Of a DNA stretch of 39,287 nt, positions 1 to 8,814 are shown in pieces. The position numbers and the translations under genes were made by a program. This stretch comes from Gemmatimonadota bacterium (GTDB lineage Bacteria; Latescibacterota; UBA2968; UBA8231), in the NCBI GenBank assembly GCA_038128265.1, contig JAYPJE010000007.1, forward strand, positions 73,121-112,407. The letters are read 5' to 3'. Positions within the stretch are counted from its first letter, which is position 1; every line of letters starts with the position of its first letter. Under the pieces are notes generated by a model, which saw only the letters and a list, made by a program, of their open reading frames with translations, had not been told where the DNA came from and did not search any database.

Positions 1-425
1 AGTTCACAGTGGGCGATTATCACTACAATAACCGCAACTACGAAGAGGCGCTCAAAGCCTATTCTGTGCTTATCGAGTCCTATGCCTCTACGCCGGAAAA
101 ACAGCGCGCGGAGGCACTTGTAGAAGAGTTAAGCGAAATCGAAGCGAGCTTGGATTACGCTCAGGTTATGGACAAATTCGAGTCGAAAGACTACGAGAAT
201 GCGATCAAGGGTTTCAAAGATATCATCGAGAAATACCCCGATACCTATACTCAGTTGGCAGCCTACTGCAATTTGGGACTCACCTACGAGATTCTCAGGC
301 AGTGGCCCCAGGCAGTTGAAAATTACGATCAAACCCTGGCGAGAGGGGAGGGCGATATCGAAAATTCAGACGTCGTCAATTTTGCTCGCCTGCATCGGGA
401 TTGGATCGTCGAAAACAGGCTATAA
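1..425 (+). CDS. Tetratricopeptide-repeat protein (BamD/YfiO/CpoB-like), 5'-truncated by the window edge
   Basis: Frame is open from the window start (..FTVGDYHYNNRNYEEALKAY..). TPR-like helices such as DYENAIKGFKDIIEKYPDT and AYCNLGLTYEILRQWPQAVENY. Confidence 0.8.
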   Translation, partial: FTVGDYHYNNRNYEEALKAYSVLIESYASTPEKQRAEALVEELSEIEASLDYAQVMDKFESKDYENAIKGFKDIIEKYPDTYTQLAAYCNLGLTYEILRQWPQAVENYDQTLARGEGDIENSDVVNFARLHRDWIVENRL

Positions 426-461
426 CACGCACCCTACAAGCGCTACAATGGGAGGTCTAAG

Positions 462-1130
462 ATGTCGGAAAATTTTATAGTCGGCCAGTTTCTCAAGGGC
501 GGTCCAATGATGTGGCCGCTGTTGATCTGTTCCCTCATTTCGATGGTCGTTGCCATCGACCGCCTATTGAGCTATATGCGTCTGCCTTCCGAGGAAGAAG
601 CCGAAGCACAATTATCGGAAGTGGAGTCGGTGCTGGAGAATGGCGGAGAAGCGGCCGCCGTAGAGCATTTTAAAGCGAATAAGGGCGTGCTTAATTTTGT
701 CTTTGCCGCGTTGCTTAAGCGCTATGACTCCCTCGTCTTAGAAAATAGGACCGACGTGGAGGATATGCGGCAGGAGCTGATTACGGTTACCGAGGAGGCC
801 GGTATTGACTATCTCGGTCGCTTGCTCAACGCCCTGGGAACAATCGGCGTGCTCGCTCCGCTTATGGGGTTGCTCGGAACGATCGTGGGTATGATCCGCG
901 CCTTTGACGCCATTGCCCAGGCCGGTGCCGGCGATCCGGCCGCCGTAGCCAGCGGTATTTCAGAAGCGCTGATTACAACCGCTTCGGGGCTGATCGTCGC
1001 CATTCCGACCATTGTATTTCACCGCTACCTGTCCGCTCGTGCCGACAAGGCATACAAGGAAATTGAACTCTACTGCCATGCGTTTGCCAATACGCTTATT
1101 GTCCGTTTTAGCAATCAGCGCGAGAGCTAG
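462..1130 (+). CDS. exbB: MotA/TolQ/ExbB proton-channel family protein
   Basis: GGPMMWPL N-terminal TM, LGTIGVLAPLMGLLGTIVGMIRAF and GISEALITTASGLIVAIP signatures; GGAGG RBS upstream. Confidence 0.93.
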   Translation: MSENFIVGQFLKGGPMMWPLLICSLISMVVAIDRLLSYMRLPSEEEAEAQLSEVESVLENGGEAAAVEHFKANKGVLNFVFAALLKRYDSLVLENRTDVEDMRQELITVTEEAGIDYLGRLLNALGTIGVLAPLMGLLGTIVGMIRAFDAIAQAGAGDPAAVASGISEALITTASGLIVAIPTIVFHRYLSARADKAYKEIELYCHAFANTLIVRFSNQRES

Positions 1131-1145
1131 GAGAGGAGAAGGGCC

Positions 1146-1592
1146 ATGCCCAAAAGGCCAGCGCTAGCTCGACGGATAAAGGGTAAGGCGCGCAAAAATT
1201 CGCGTTTTGCCACCAGTATGGATCCGGACATGACGCCGCTGATCAACTGCATCTTTCTGCTGTTGGTTTTCTTCATGGTGGCGACGACCTTTCTGAATAC
1301 GAAAGGGTTAAGCGTCGACTTGCCCGGGGGGCAGGGCGACGATTCGTCGCGCGCTAGCAAAGACATCAATATCGTTATCGAAAAGGACGGTGCGATACAG
1401 GTCAACGGCGAACTGACGACTACGGAGCAGCTTGCCGAGCGGATTGGCACGATTGTTCAGTCCGATAATATCAAAAATGTGATTATTGAAGCGCATCGCA
1501 CGGTTCGGCACCAAAAAGTGGTCCGCGTTGTCGATATTGCGCGCGGGCAGGGCATCCAAGCAGTCGCTTTTGCCAAGTCGGCGGAGGGCTAG
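1146..1592 (+). CDS. exbD: ExbD/TolR family protein (TM Asp replaced by Asn)
   Basis: DMTPLINCIFLLLVFFMV TM motif followed by VDLP and a periplasmic ExbD domain; follows exbB with a GAGGAG RBS. Confidence 0.88.
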   Translation: MPKRPALARRIKGKARKNSRFATSMDPDMTPLINCIFLLLVFFMVATTFLNTKGLSVDLPGGQGDDSSRASKDINIVIEKDGAIQVNGELTTTEQLAERIGTIVQSDNIKNVIIEAHRTVRHQKVVRVVDIARGQGIQAVAFAKSAEG

Positions 1593-1594
1593 CC

Positions 1595-2044
1595 ATGGCG
1601 CGCAGAATGCAGACAAACGATGCCAACAACAACGATCTCAACCTGACGCCCCTGATCGATGCGGTTTTTCTTCTGCTGGTCTTTTTTATGGTTACGTCCG
1701 TTTTCGTTCAGGCCACCCAGCTGAAGATCGAACTGCCTATAGCCGACAACTACGACAAGATCGATCAGGAAAAAAAGCTGAATCTGCTTATTTCAGCCGA
1801 AGGACAACTCGAGTTTAATAGCCAGTTGGTCACCATGGGCCAGTTGACCAGCGTCATCGAGAACGAGCGCTTGCGCTCAGGTTCAGGCACGCTGATCGTA
1901 ACGGCCGATGCGCAAACGCCGCACGGTTTTGTGCTTGATGCGATGGAAATGGCGGTAATGGCGGGTGTGAGCAAGATCGACCTCGAAACCGGCGAAGACA
2001 AGGTAGCCGGAGAGGCCGGCGCCGCGGCCGCAGCAAAGGAATAG
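1595..2044 (+). CDS. exbD: ExbD/TolR family protein
   Basis: NLTPLIDAVFLLLVFFMV TM motif, IELP, and TADAQTPHGFVLDAME C-terminal motif. Confidence 0.92.
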   Translation: MARRMQTNDANNNDLNLTPLIDAVFLLLVFFMVTSVFVQATQLKIELPIADNYDKIDQEKKLNLLISAEGQLEFNSQLVTMGQLTSVIENERLRSGSGTLIVTADAQTPHGFVLDAMEMAVMAGVSKIDLETGEDKVAGEAGAAAAAKE

Positions 2045-2047
2045 CGA

Positions 2048-2842
2048 ATGACGTCCCTTCGTTTGAGTTCAATTGCCCTGTGTATGACCATTATCGCCAC
2101 GCTGAGTGGGTGCGCCTATCTGGCGAGTCTCATCCCCAGAGAGATGTACTATGAGGTTTCTCTCAAGCCAGTGCTGCCAGAGGGAAGGGGCGAATATCAG
2201 ATCGACCCGGATGATCCCCAGGTGGTTACATTCAGCCACGAAGGTATGGTCGTGCGGGTGCGGCCCTACACCGACGACGAACTCAACGCGCTCTATCCGC
2301 CGCTCTTTGACGGACGCCATACCAATCCCTATACCACCGACCAGCTCAACGTGGATCTCGGCTACGTGCCCCCGATCTTTATGGTGTTTGATGTCACCGT
2401 GGTCAACCAGACCTATTCCAAGATCGAATTTGATCCAGCCAAAACCATGCTGACGACCAATACGGGGCGCAAGCTGCGCTACTATGATCCTGGTAGGGCC
2501 GGTGAAGGGGTCGATCCCTTGGGCGGCAACCGCTTTAGCACGTATTACCAGACAGAGCGGGGCCGTTCGGGTATCGACAAGGACATCAACCTGGAGCGCA
2601 TGGGGCTAATCTACAAAACGGCATTCCACCGCTTTCGCCCTGTCTTTCGCGGCGACGAGCGCAGCGGCACGCTGACCTTTGACAAGCTACCCTCTGACGC
2701 TACGGAAGTCGTGCTTTCAGTAGACGACTTTGTCCTCTCTTTCGATGCAAGCGGCAATCCCGAACGGACCATTGACTTTGAGTGTCGCTTTACGGTCAGC
2801 CAAGGCATCGTTGAAAGCGAAGTAGATCCACTATTAGAGTAG
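2048..2842 (+). CDS. Putative lipoprotein of unknown function (Ig-like beta fold possible)
   Basis: Signal peptide ending in lipobox LSGC; beta-rich segments FDVTVVNQ and RSGTLTF; starts 3 nt after exbD. Confidence 0.7.
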   Translation: MTSLRLSSIALCMTIIATLSGCAYLASLIPREMYYEVSLKPVLPEGRGEYQIDPDDPQVVTFSHEGMVVRVRPYTDDELNALYPPLFDGRHTNPYTTDQLNVDLGYVPPIFMVFDVTVVNQTYSKIEFDPAKTMLTTNTGRKLRYYDPGRAGEGVDPLGGNRFSTYYQTERGRSGIDKDINLERMGLIYKTAFHRFRPVFRGDERSGTLTFDKLPSDATEVVLSVDDFVLSFDASGNPERTIDFECRFTVSQGIVESEVDPLLE

Positions 2843-2849
2843 GGTGCCT

Positions 2850-2865
2850 GCCCCTCTGCAGGGGC
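2850..2865 (+). terminator. GC hairpin, possible weak terminator
   Basis: GCCCCT-ctgc-AGGGGC stem 7 nt after the lipoprotein stop; only a short T run (ccattt) follows. Confidence 0.3.
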
Positions 2866-2963
2866 CCATTTAACGAGGGTTAACTCACCTGGCTACACCG
2901 CACATCGTTCCATCCGTTACGCATCCGACCAGAGAATGCACCGCATCCGCACTCTCTGGTCGA

Positions 2964-4613
2964 ATGGTATTGTCGCGTTTGTCGCTGGCCCTGTGCTGGC
3001 TGCTAATAGCCTGCGGCGGCGATAGTCAAGAGCCGCCCTCTCTTTTGGCTCGCGTCGGGGAAAAATCCATCCACATAGATGATCTCAGGACATTTGGGCG
3101 CGCCATGGAGGGCGGCGATTCGCTGAGTATTGAAGCGCATCGTCAGAACCTCGAGACGCTCATTGATCGCGAAGTGTTGATCCTGGAAGCGCGCGCGTTG
3201 GGGTTGGAAAGCGATGCCGACTTTCAGGAAGTCCTGGCCGGCGATCTCGAGAGCCGACTGGCAGAGATGATGTTTAATAGGGAAGTAGCTGAGCGCTCTG
3301 AGCCGACTCCGGACGAGATTGAGGCGGCCTACGCCACGGGCGATTGGAATCAGCAGGTGGTCAGCATTGAATTATTCTTGCCCGATGAGGAAACGGCGCT
3401 GCGCGTGCGCGCAGAAATTCTCAACGGCATGGATATCTTCGAAGCCGGCAGGCTCTACTCGGTGGATCGCCTAATGCACATTCCGATGGGGGGCGCACAG
3501 CAGTTTGTCTACTCAAAACAGGATGGTCCGGCCGAAGTTGTACAGCGCGTTTTTCAGATTCCAGCCGGCAATATTTCGTCGCCGATACCGCTTTTTAAGG
3601 GTTTTGTCTTAGCCTACGTTGCGGAATATCGAGAAGTCGAACGGGCTGAAATTGCCGATGAGTTGGCGCGCTACGTTCGCAAGGAAAAGCGTCGCTTGCT
3701 GCGGGGTGCCTATTTACAGCACCTGAATAAGGCACTTAATCTGCAGTTTTCAACAGCTGGCCTAGCCCGCGCGGCGGACCATCTATCGCGTCTAAAAGAG
3801 GATGACTCGATGCCGCTGCCGGCCGACTCCAATGCGGTCGTCTATTCGTATGGAGATGTCTCGGTCGACCTTGGGGCCGTTGTCGGATTAATGCGCGGGC
3901 CTGCGCGGCGCTGGTCGGAAATCAACACCGAAGCCATTGTCGCAGAAATAAAGAATACCGTATTGCCAAACCTGCTGATGGCCGCCAATGCGCGCGAGCG
4001 CCAGATCGACACCTCGCCAGAATTTCTCGCGTGGAAGAACTGGCGCAGCGAGGATCTGCTGCTGTCGCTGCTGCGAAAAAACGTCTGCTCCGACATCCAA
4101 GTGTCCGAACAAGAGGTCGTTGCGCACTACCGAAAAGTGAAGCGGCGCTTTCGCATACCCGGCTACGCTCGGGTGCGCGATGTGCTAGTGGCAACGCTTG
4201 AGGAAGCCGATGCCCTGAAAGAAGCCGTTGAAGGTGGGGCGGATTTTGCGCAAATCATAGCGGAACGCTCGCTGCGCAAGGGAAGCAAGAAGGGCGTTTT
4301 CCGCGTCTTTGCTCTGCAGGCAAATAAGTACGGTGCCGGTTGGATGAATTACGTATTTAACGTGCCCGTAGGAACGCTCCAAGGGCCCGTGCAGGCTGAA
4401 GGGGGTTTTTCCCTGCTGGAAGTGGTAGAACGGGTGGAGGATGGCTATTATACGCTTGACGAGTCCAGGGTGCGCTCGGCGGTTACGCGCGATATGCAAA
4501 AAATAAAAGAGCGCACCGCGTTTAACGAATTTGTAAAGAGCGTGCGCGCAAAGCGCGCCGAGCAAATTACCCTTTACGCAGATAATCTGGCAGCCGTGGG
4601 GGCGCATCCGTAA
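2964..4613 (+). CDS. PrsA/SurA-like foldase lipoprotein with two degenerate parvulin domains
   Basis: Lipobox LIAC; LARVGEKSI..LETLIDREVLILEARALGL SurA-N-like segment; two repeats ..LNGMDIFEAGRLYSVD..ISSPI and ..GGADFAQIIAERS..QGPV..GFSLLEV. Confidence 0.8.
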   Translation: MVLSRLSLALCWLLIACGGDSQEPPSLLARVGEKSIHIDDLRTFGRAMEGGDSLSIEAHRQNLETLIDREVLILEARALGLESDADFQEVLAGDLESRLAEMMFNREVAERSEPTPDEIEAAYATGDWNQQVVSIELFLPDEETALRVRAEILNGMDIFEAGRLYSVDRLMHIPMGGAQQFVYSKQDGPAEVVQRVFQIPAGNISSPIPLFKGFVLAYVAEYREVERAEIADELARYVRKEKRRLLRGAYLQHLNKALNLQFSTAGLARAADHLSRLKEDDSMPLPADSNAVVYSYGDVSVDLGAVVGLMRGPARRWSEINTEAIVAEIKNTVLPNLLMAANARERQIDTSPEFLAWKNWRSEDLLLSLLRKNVCSDIQVSEQEVVAHYRKVKRRFRIPGYARVRDVLVATLEEADALKEAVEGGADFAQIIAERSLRKGSKKGVFRVFALQANKYGAGWMNYVFNVPVGTLQGPVQAEGGFSLLEVVERVEDGYYTLDESRVRSAVTRDMQKIKERTAFNEFVKSVRAKRAEQITLYADNLAAVGAHP

Positions 4614-4739
4614 AACTGCGGGCAGTGCGTTATTGGCCGAGGTTTAGCCGGCCCCATTCGATTGAGCATACCGAATACCTCTACGATTTGGGGTCGCGTG
4701 CGCTCAAAGCCCGTTCCTTTGGAGGGAAGTGATCTGACC

Positions 4740-6728
4740 GTGGCCGATGCAAAAGAGCAAGAGCGCTTTGAAATAATGCCCGAAGACGCGCCGTTTGAGC
4801 CGGGGTTCAATATCAAAACGCTCTGGGCGGCGCTCTTTGTGGGATTCGTCATGTTGCCTGGAGCCATTTACCTCGGTTTGGTGACGGGGCAGAGCATGGC
4901 CGGCGGCGCCGAGTGGGTGACGCTCATCCTCTTTATAGAGATTGCCAAGCGCACCTTTGTTCGTCTGCGCACGCAGGAGATTATCATTCTCTACTGGGTC
5001 GCTGGTGGCCTGGTGCTGATGGGGGGTAAGCTGGGCACGGGAGCCGACCTGTTTGGCGGTCCGTTTGGCGTGCTGATATGGGATCAGTACTTAATTCAAT
5101 CGCCTCAGGCCGATGGGTTGGCCGAGCACGTTCCGGATTGGGTGGTGCCGCCGCGCGGGTCGGACGCGCTGTTGGAGCGCAGTTTTCTGCACGCGGCCTG
5201 GATCAAGCCCATTTTCATACTGCTCGTGGCGGTGGTGCTGCAGCGCATCAACGCCCTCTCACTCGGCTATGCCCTCTTCCGCATTACGCACGATATAGAG
5301 CGTTTGCCTTATCCGATGGCCTACGTGCAGGCTGGGGGCGCTACGGCGCTGGCGGAGACCTCTTCGCAAAAGGAAGGCTGGCGCTGGCACGTATTTAGCA
5401 CGGGGACGTTTGTCGGGGCTGTTTGGGGGCTACTGTACGTCGTGGTGCCAACGCTGTCTTCCGTCTTCCTCACGGAGACGGTTTCCATCCTGCCCATTCC
5501 CTTCATCGACTTTACGGTGCCGATGAAGTCGGTGCTGCCGGCCGCAGTCATCGGTCTGGCGACCGATCTCATTCACGTACTCATCGGGTTGGTGCTGCCT
5601 TTTTGGGTCGTCGTGGGCGTCTTTTCCTCGTCTATACTGGTCAACCTGGTGGCCAATCCGCTGCTCTACGCGGGGGGGATATTGCATACCTGGGAACCGG
5701 GTATGTCGGCCATACCGACGATGATTGCCAACTCGTTTGACTTTTGGCTTAGCTTTTCCATTGGGGGAGCCATCGTCGTAGCTATCGTAGGTTTTAGCAC
5801 GGCATTTGTCTCACTGAGAGCGGCCCAGCGCTCGACGACCTCCGCGCTCGAGCGCGGCGGCCCCAGTCCGGAGCGCGGCGACATACGCATCGTTTATGCA
5901 TTGGGCATCTGGGCGCTGAGCACGCTTGCTTTTGTTGGTATGGTATACTATTTGGTGCCCCAATTCCCCTGGTGGATCACCGCATTCTTTGGCTTTGTGT
6001 GGACGCCTATTTACTCCTATATCGGCGCGCGTATGGTCGGTTTAACAGGCAGTCCACAGGGGGTCACGTTTCCCTATCTGCGCGAAGCTAGCTTTTACCT
6101 GTCCGGATATCAGGGCGCGGGTATTTGGTTTGCCCCCGTGCCGATTTTTCAGTGGGGTTATGAGGCGCAGACCTTTAAGCAACTCGAACTGACGCGCACT
6201 CGTTTTGGCTCGCTCATAAAAATGACGGCATTGACCCTCTTGGTCATGTTTGTTTGCTCGTTTTTGTTTTGGTCGCTTATTTGGAAGCTGGGGCCGATTC
6301 CCTCTTCGGCCTATCCCTATGTACAGAAGCTCTGGCCCTTTCACGCCACCATGCAGGCTTTTTGGGTTAAATCTACGCTGCCGGGCGCGGGTTCGAACCT
6401 GCTGACACAAATTATTCGCTGGGACTATATTGGCATCGGGCTGCTCTTTAGCGGCGTGCTCTACGCAGCGCTCCACGTGCTGCACGCACCCATGGCCATT
6501 TTCTACGGTTTCGTCGCCGGACTCGGCCAGTGGCCGCACTTTGTTATCCTGAACTTTATCGGGGCTATACTCGGGCGCTTCTATTTGCAAAAGCGCTTTG
6601 GCGAAGAGCGCTGGCGAGCCTATGCGCCGATCCTGCTGGCCGGTTATTCCTGCGGAGTTGGGCTTATTGGTATGAGTTCCATTGCCATCGCCCTGATTTC
6701 AAAAGCCGTTTCACAAGTCGTTTTTTAA
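4740..6728 (+). CDS. OPT/YSL-superfamily-like multi-pass membrane transporter
   Basis: Many TM helices; ERLPYPMA motif like the OPT E-x-L-x-[FY]-P motif. Start moved to GTG 4740 (GGAGGG upstream); the ORF track starts at TTG 4662. Confidence 0.7.
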   Translation: MADAKEQERFEIMPEDAPFEPGFNIKTLWAALFVGFVMLPGAIYLGLVTGQSMAGGAEWVTLILFIEIAKRTFVRLRTQEIIILYWVAGGLVLMGGKLGTGADLFGGPFGVLIWDQYLIQSPQADGLAEHVPDWVVPPRGSDALLERSFLHAAWIKPIFILLVAVVLQRINALSLGYALFRITHDIERLPYPMAYVQAGGATALAETSSQKEGWRWHVFSTGTFVGAVWGLLYVVVPTLSSVFLTETVSILPIPFIDFTVPMKSVLPAAVIGLATDLIHVLIGLVLPFWVVVGVFSSSILVNLVANPLLYAGGILHTWEPGMSAIPTMIANSFDFWLSFSIGGAIVVAIVGFSTAFVSLRAAQRSTTSALERGGPSPERGDIRIVYALGIWALSTLAFVGMVYYLVPQFPWWITAFFGFVWTPIYSYIGARMVGLTGSPQGVTFPYLREASFYLSGYQGAGIWFAPVPIFQWGYEAQTFKQLELTRTRFGSLIKMTALTLLVMFVCSFLFWSLIWKLGPIPSSAYPYVQKLWPFHATMQAFWVKSTLPGAGSNLLTQIIRWDYIGIGLLFSGVLYAALHVLHAPMAIFYGFVAGLGQWPHFVILNFIGAILGRFYLQKRFGEERWRAYAPILLAGYSCGVGLIGMSSIAIALISKAVSQVVF

Positions 6729-6851
6729 CGGGTTTGCAGGCCGATATTTCTTCGCGGCTTCTACGGCCCGACGCCGTTTTATTGATCCCCCAGAGATGCT
6801 TTGATGGAAATGAGAAGCGAGCCCAGCTGCGCACTATTCTGACGAAATGCC

Positions 6852-8756
6852 ATGACCTATAGATCGTTTATACTGGGCACCCTGGTGGTGCTGGCCGTGG
6901 TGTGTGGAGCACCCTATGCCATTTGGATGGTGCGCTCGTCGGAAATTACGTGGTCCTATTTCCCGACCAGCGTCGGCTTTTGTTTTGTCGCACTCTTTTT
7001 GCTCAATTCCCTGATACGGCGAGTGAGCGGTCGCTCCTTTCTTCGGCCAGCCGAATGGGCCGTTGTCGTAATCATGGGACTCGCCGCTACGGGTATCCCA
7101 ACCTTTATCGTCGGCACGCTGTTGGCTATAATCTCCAGTCCCTACTACGGCGCAACGCCCGAAAATGACTGGGAAGGCAATATTCACGCGTTCCTTCCGG
7201 ATTGGCTGGTGCCCAGTCCCGAAGGGGAGGCCATGCGCCACTTTTACGAGGGGCTACCCGCCGGACAGGACGTGCCCTTTGACGTCTGGGTCGGGCCCCT
7301 GTTCTGGTGGCTGAGCCTTATTTTTGCCGTTTACTTTATCTGCTTCTGTACCGTCGTGCTTTTTCGCCGTCAGTGGGTGGAAAATGAGCGGTTGGTTTTT
7401 CCGCTGATGGAAATGCCGCGGCTTCTTGTGGACGACGAGGGCCGTCATCTGCTGCACTCGAAGCTATTTTGGGCTGGGTGTGCTCTGCCGCTGTCCATGA
7501 TCCTGTTTAATGTGGTGGGTTTTTTCTACATCGGATTTCCGCAGATAAACTTTCACCATCCCGTTACGATCCAGCTGAGTCGCGATTTTCCCGCCCTTTC
7601 GCTCATGCTCTACTTTCCCGTCATCGGGTTTATGTATTTGGTGAGCACATCCGTCTCGCTCAGCATCGTCGTCTTTTACCTGATCGCCGTCCTACAGGAG
7701 GGCATTACCAATCGCATTGGCTACGACGTCACCCGTCCAGATGCCTTTGTCTGGGGAATGCAGTCGCTCTCTTGGCAAGCCTGGGGGGGCTTTACCGCGA
7801 TGGTGCTCATCAGCTTATGGATGGCGCGGAGACATCTGGCAGCGGTCGCAAGGCAGGTCTTTATCGGGCACAGGACCGTGGACGACAGCGAGGAGATGGT
7901 ATCCTATCGCACGGCGGTGTACGGTTTTCTTTTCGGTTTGCTCTACGTAGTGGGCTGGCTGTGGAAATCGGGCATGGACCTGCACGTCGCCCTGCTCTTT
8001 ATCGGTGCCGTATTGATTGCCTATTACGGCGTTACGCGTCTGGTGATCCAAGCGGGTATTTACTTTCTGACCCCACCGGTGGGTGCTCAGGCGTTTGCTC
8101 TAGCCATAACTGGGACGAGTATTGGCGGGCATAATTTAGTGGCCCTGGGACTTTCCTACGCATGGTTTGGTGACGTGCAGTCGCTCTTTATGCCGGCGGC
8201 AGCACACGGGGCTCGCCTGGCCGAAATCTATCGCGTGCGTCGCGGGATGGCCTGGGCCTTGGGGGCCGCCGTATTGATCGGCTTTGTCGCCAATATCTAT
8301 TTTGTTCTGACCCTTTGCTATAAGTTTGGCGCGGGCAATTTTGGCTCCTGGTACTTTGTCGCAGGCGGTGGTGCTGGAGGCATGGCCTTCAACGGAGTCA
8401 TTCGCCATTTCAACGATCCCTGGCCAACGGATCTAAACAAGCTGAGCTACTTTGCCATCGGTGCGTTTTCCTATGCGGTTCTGGCATTTTGTCAGTACCG
8501 CTTTTATTGGTGGCCGCTATCACCCGTTGGTATCGCCGTCGCGCCGCTGTGGATGACGCGCCTGATCGTATTTTCTGTGTTTTTGGCCTGGGTGAGTAAG
8601 AGCGCGATTATGCGCTATGGAGGCATTCGCGCCTACCGCACGGCGCGGCCATTTTTCATGGGGTTAATCGCGGGTTATTTTCTCGGCGTGGGCATCTCGT
8701 ACTGCGTCGATGCCATTTGGTTTATGGGGGATGGGCACGTTTACTTTCACGGGTAG
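6852..8756 (+). CDS. DUF6785/DUF6784-type multi-pass membrane protein (paralog 1)
   Basis: PYYGATPENDW, FYEGLP, RRQWVENERLVFP, WWPLSPVG and YRTARPFFMGLIAG motifs shared with two other ORFs in the window. DUF name is from recollection. Confidence 0.75.
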   Translation: MTYRSFILGTLVVLAVVCGAPYAIWMVRSSEITWSYFPTSVGFCFVALFLLNSLIRRVSGRSFLRPAEWAVVVIMGLAATGIPTFIVGTLLAIISSPYYGATPENDWEGNIHAFLPDWLVPSPEGEAMRHFYEGLPAGQDVPFDVWVGPLFWWLSLIFAVYFICFCTVVLFRRQWVENERLVFPLMEMPRLLVDDEGRHLLHSKLFWAGCALPLSMILFNVVGFFYIGFPQINFHHPVTIQLSRDFPALSLMLYFPVIGFMYLVSTSVSLSIVVFYLIAVLQEGITNRIGYDVTRPDAFVWGMQSLSWQAWGGFTAMVLISLWMARRHLAAVARQVFIGHRTVDDSEEMVSYRTAVYGFLFGLLYVVGWLWKSGMDLHVALLFIGAVLIAYYGVTRLVIQAGIYFLTPPVGAQAFALAITGTSIGGHNLVALGLSYAWFGDVQSLFMPAAAHGARLAEIYRVRRGMAWALGAAVLIGFVANIYFVLTLCYKFGAGNFGSWYFVAGGGAGGMAFNGVIRHFNDPWPTDLNKLSYFAIGAFSYAVLAFCQYRFYWWPLSPVGIAVAPLWMTRLIVFSVFLAWVSKSAIMRYGGIRAYRTARPFFMGLIAGYFLGVGISYCVDAIWFMGDGHVYFHG

Positions 8757-8814
8757 TGCGCCGTAGCCGTAAGGGCTCTTAGCCCTGTTTGGTGTGGTTA
8801 TAAGGGAGTTCGCT

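Noticed and set aside
8772..8790. AGGGCT-ctt-AGCCCT hairpin before the giant gene
   Set aside because: A 6-bp stem, 3-nt loop and poor U tract are too weak to call a terminator.
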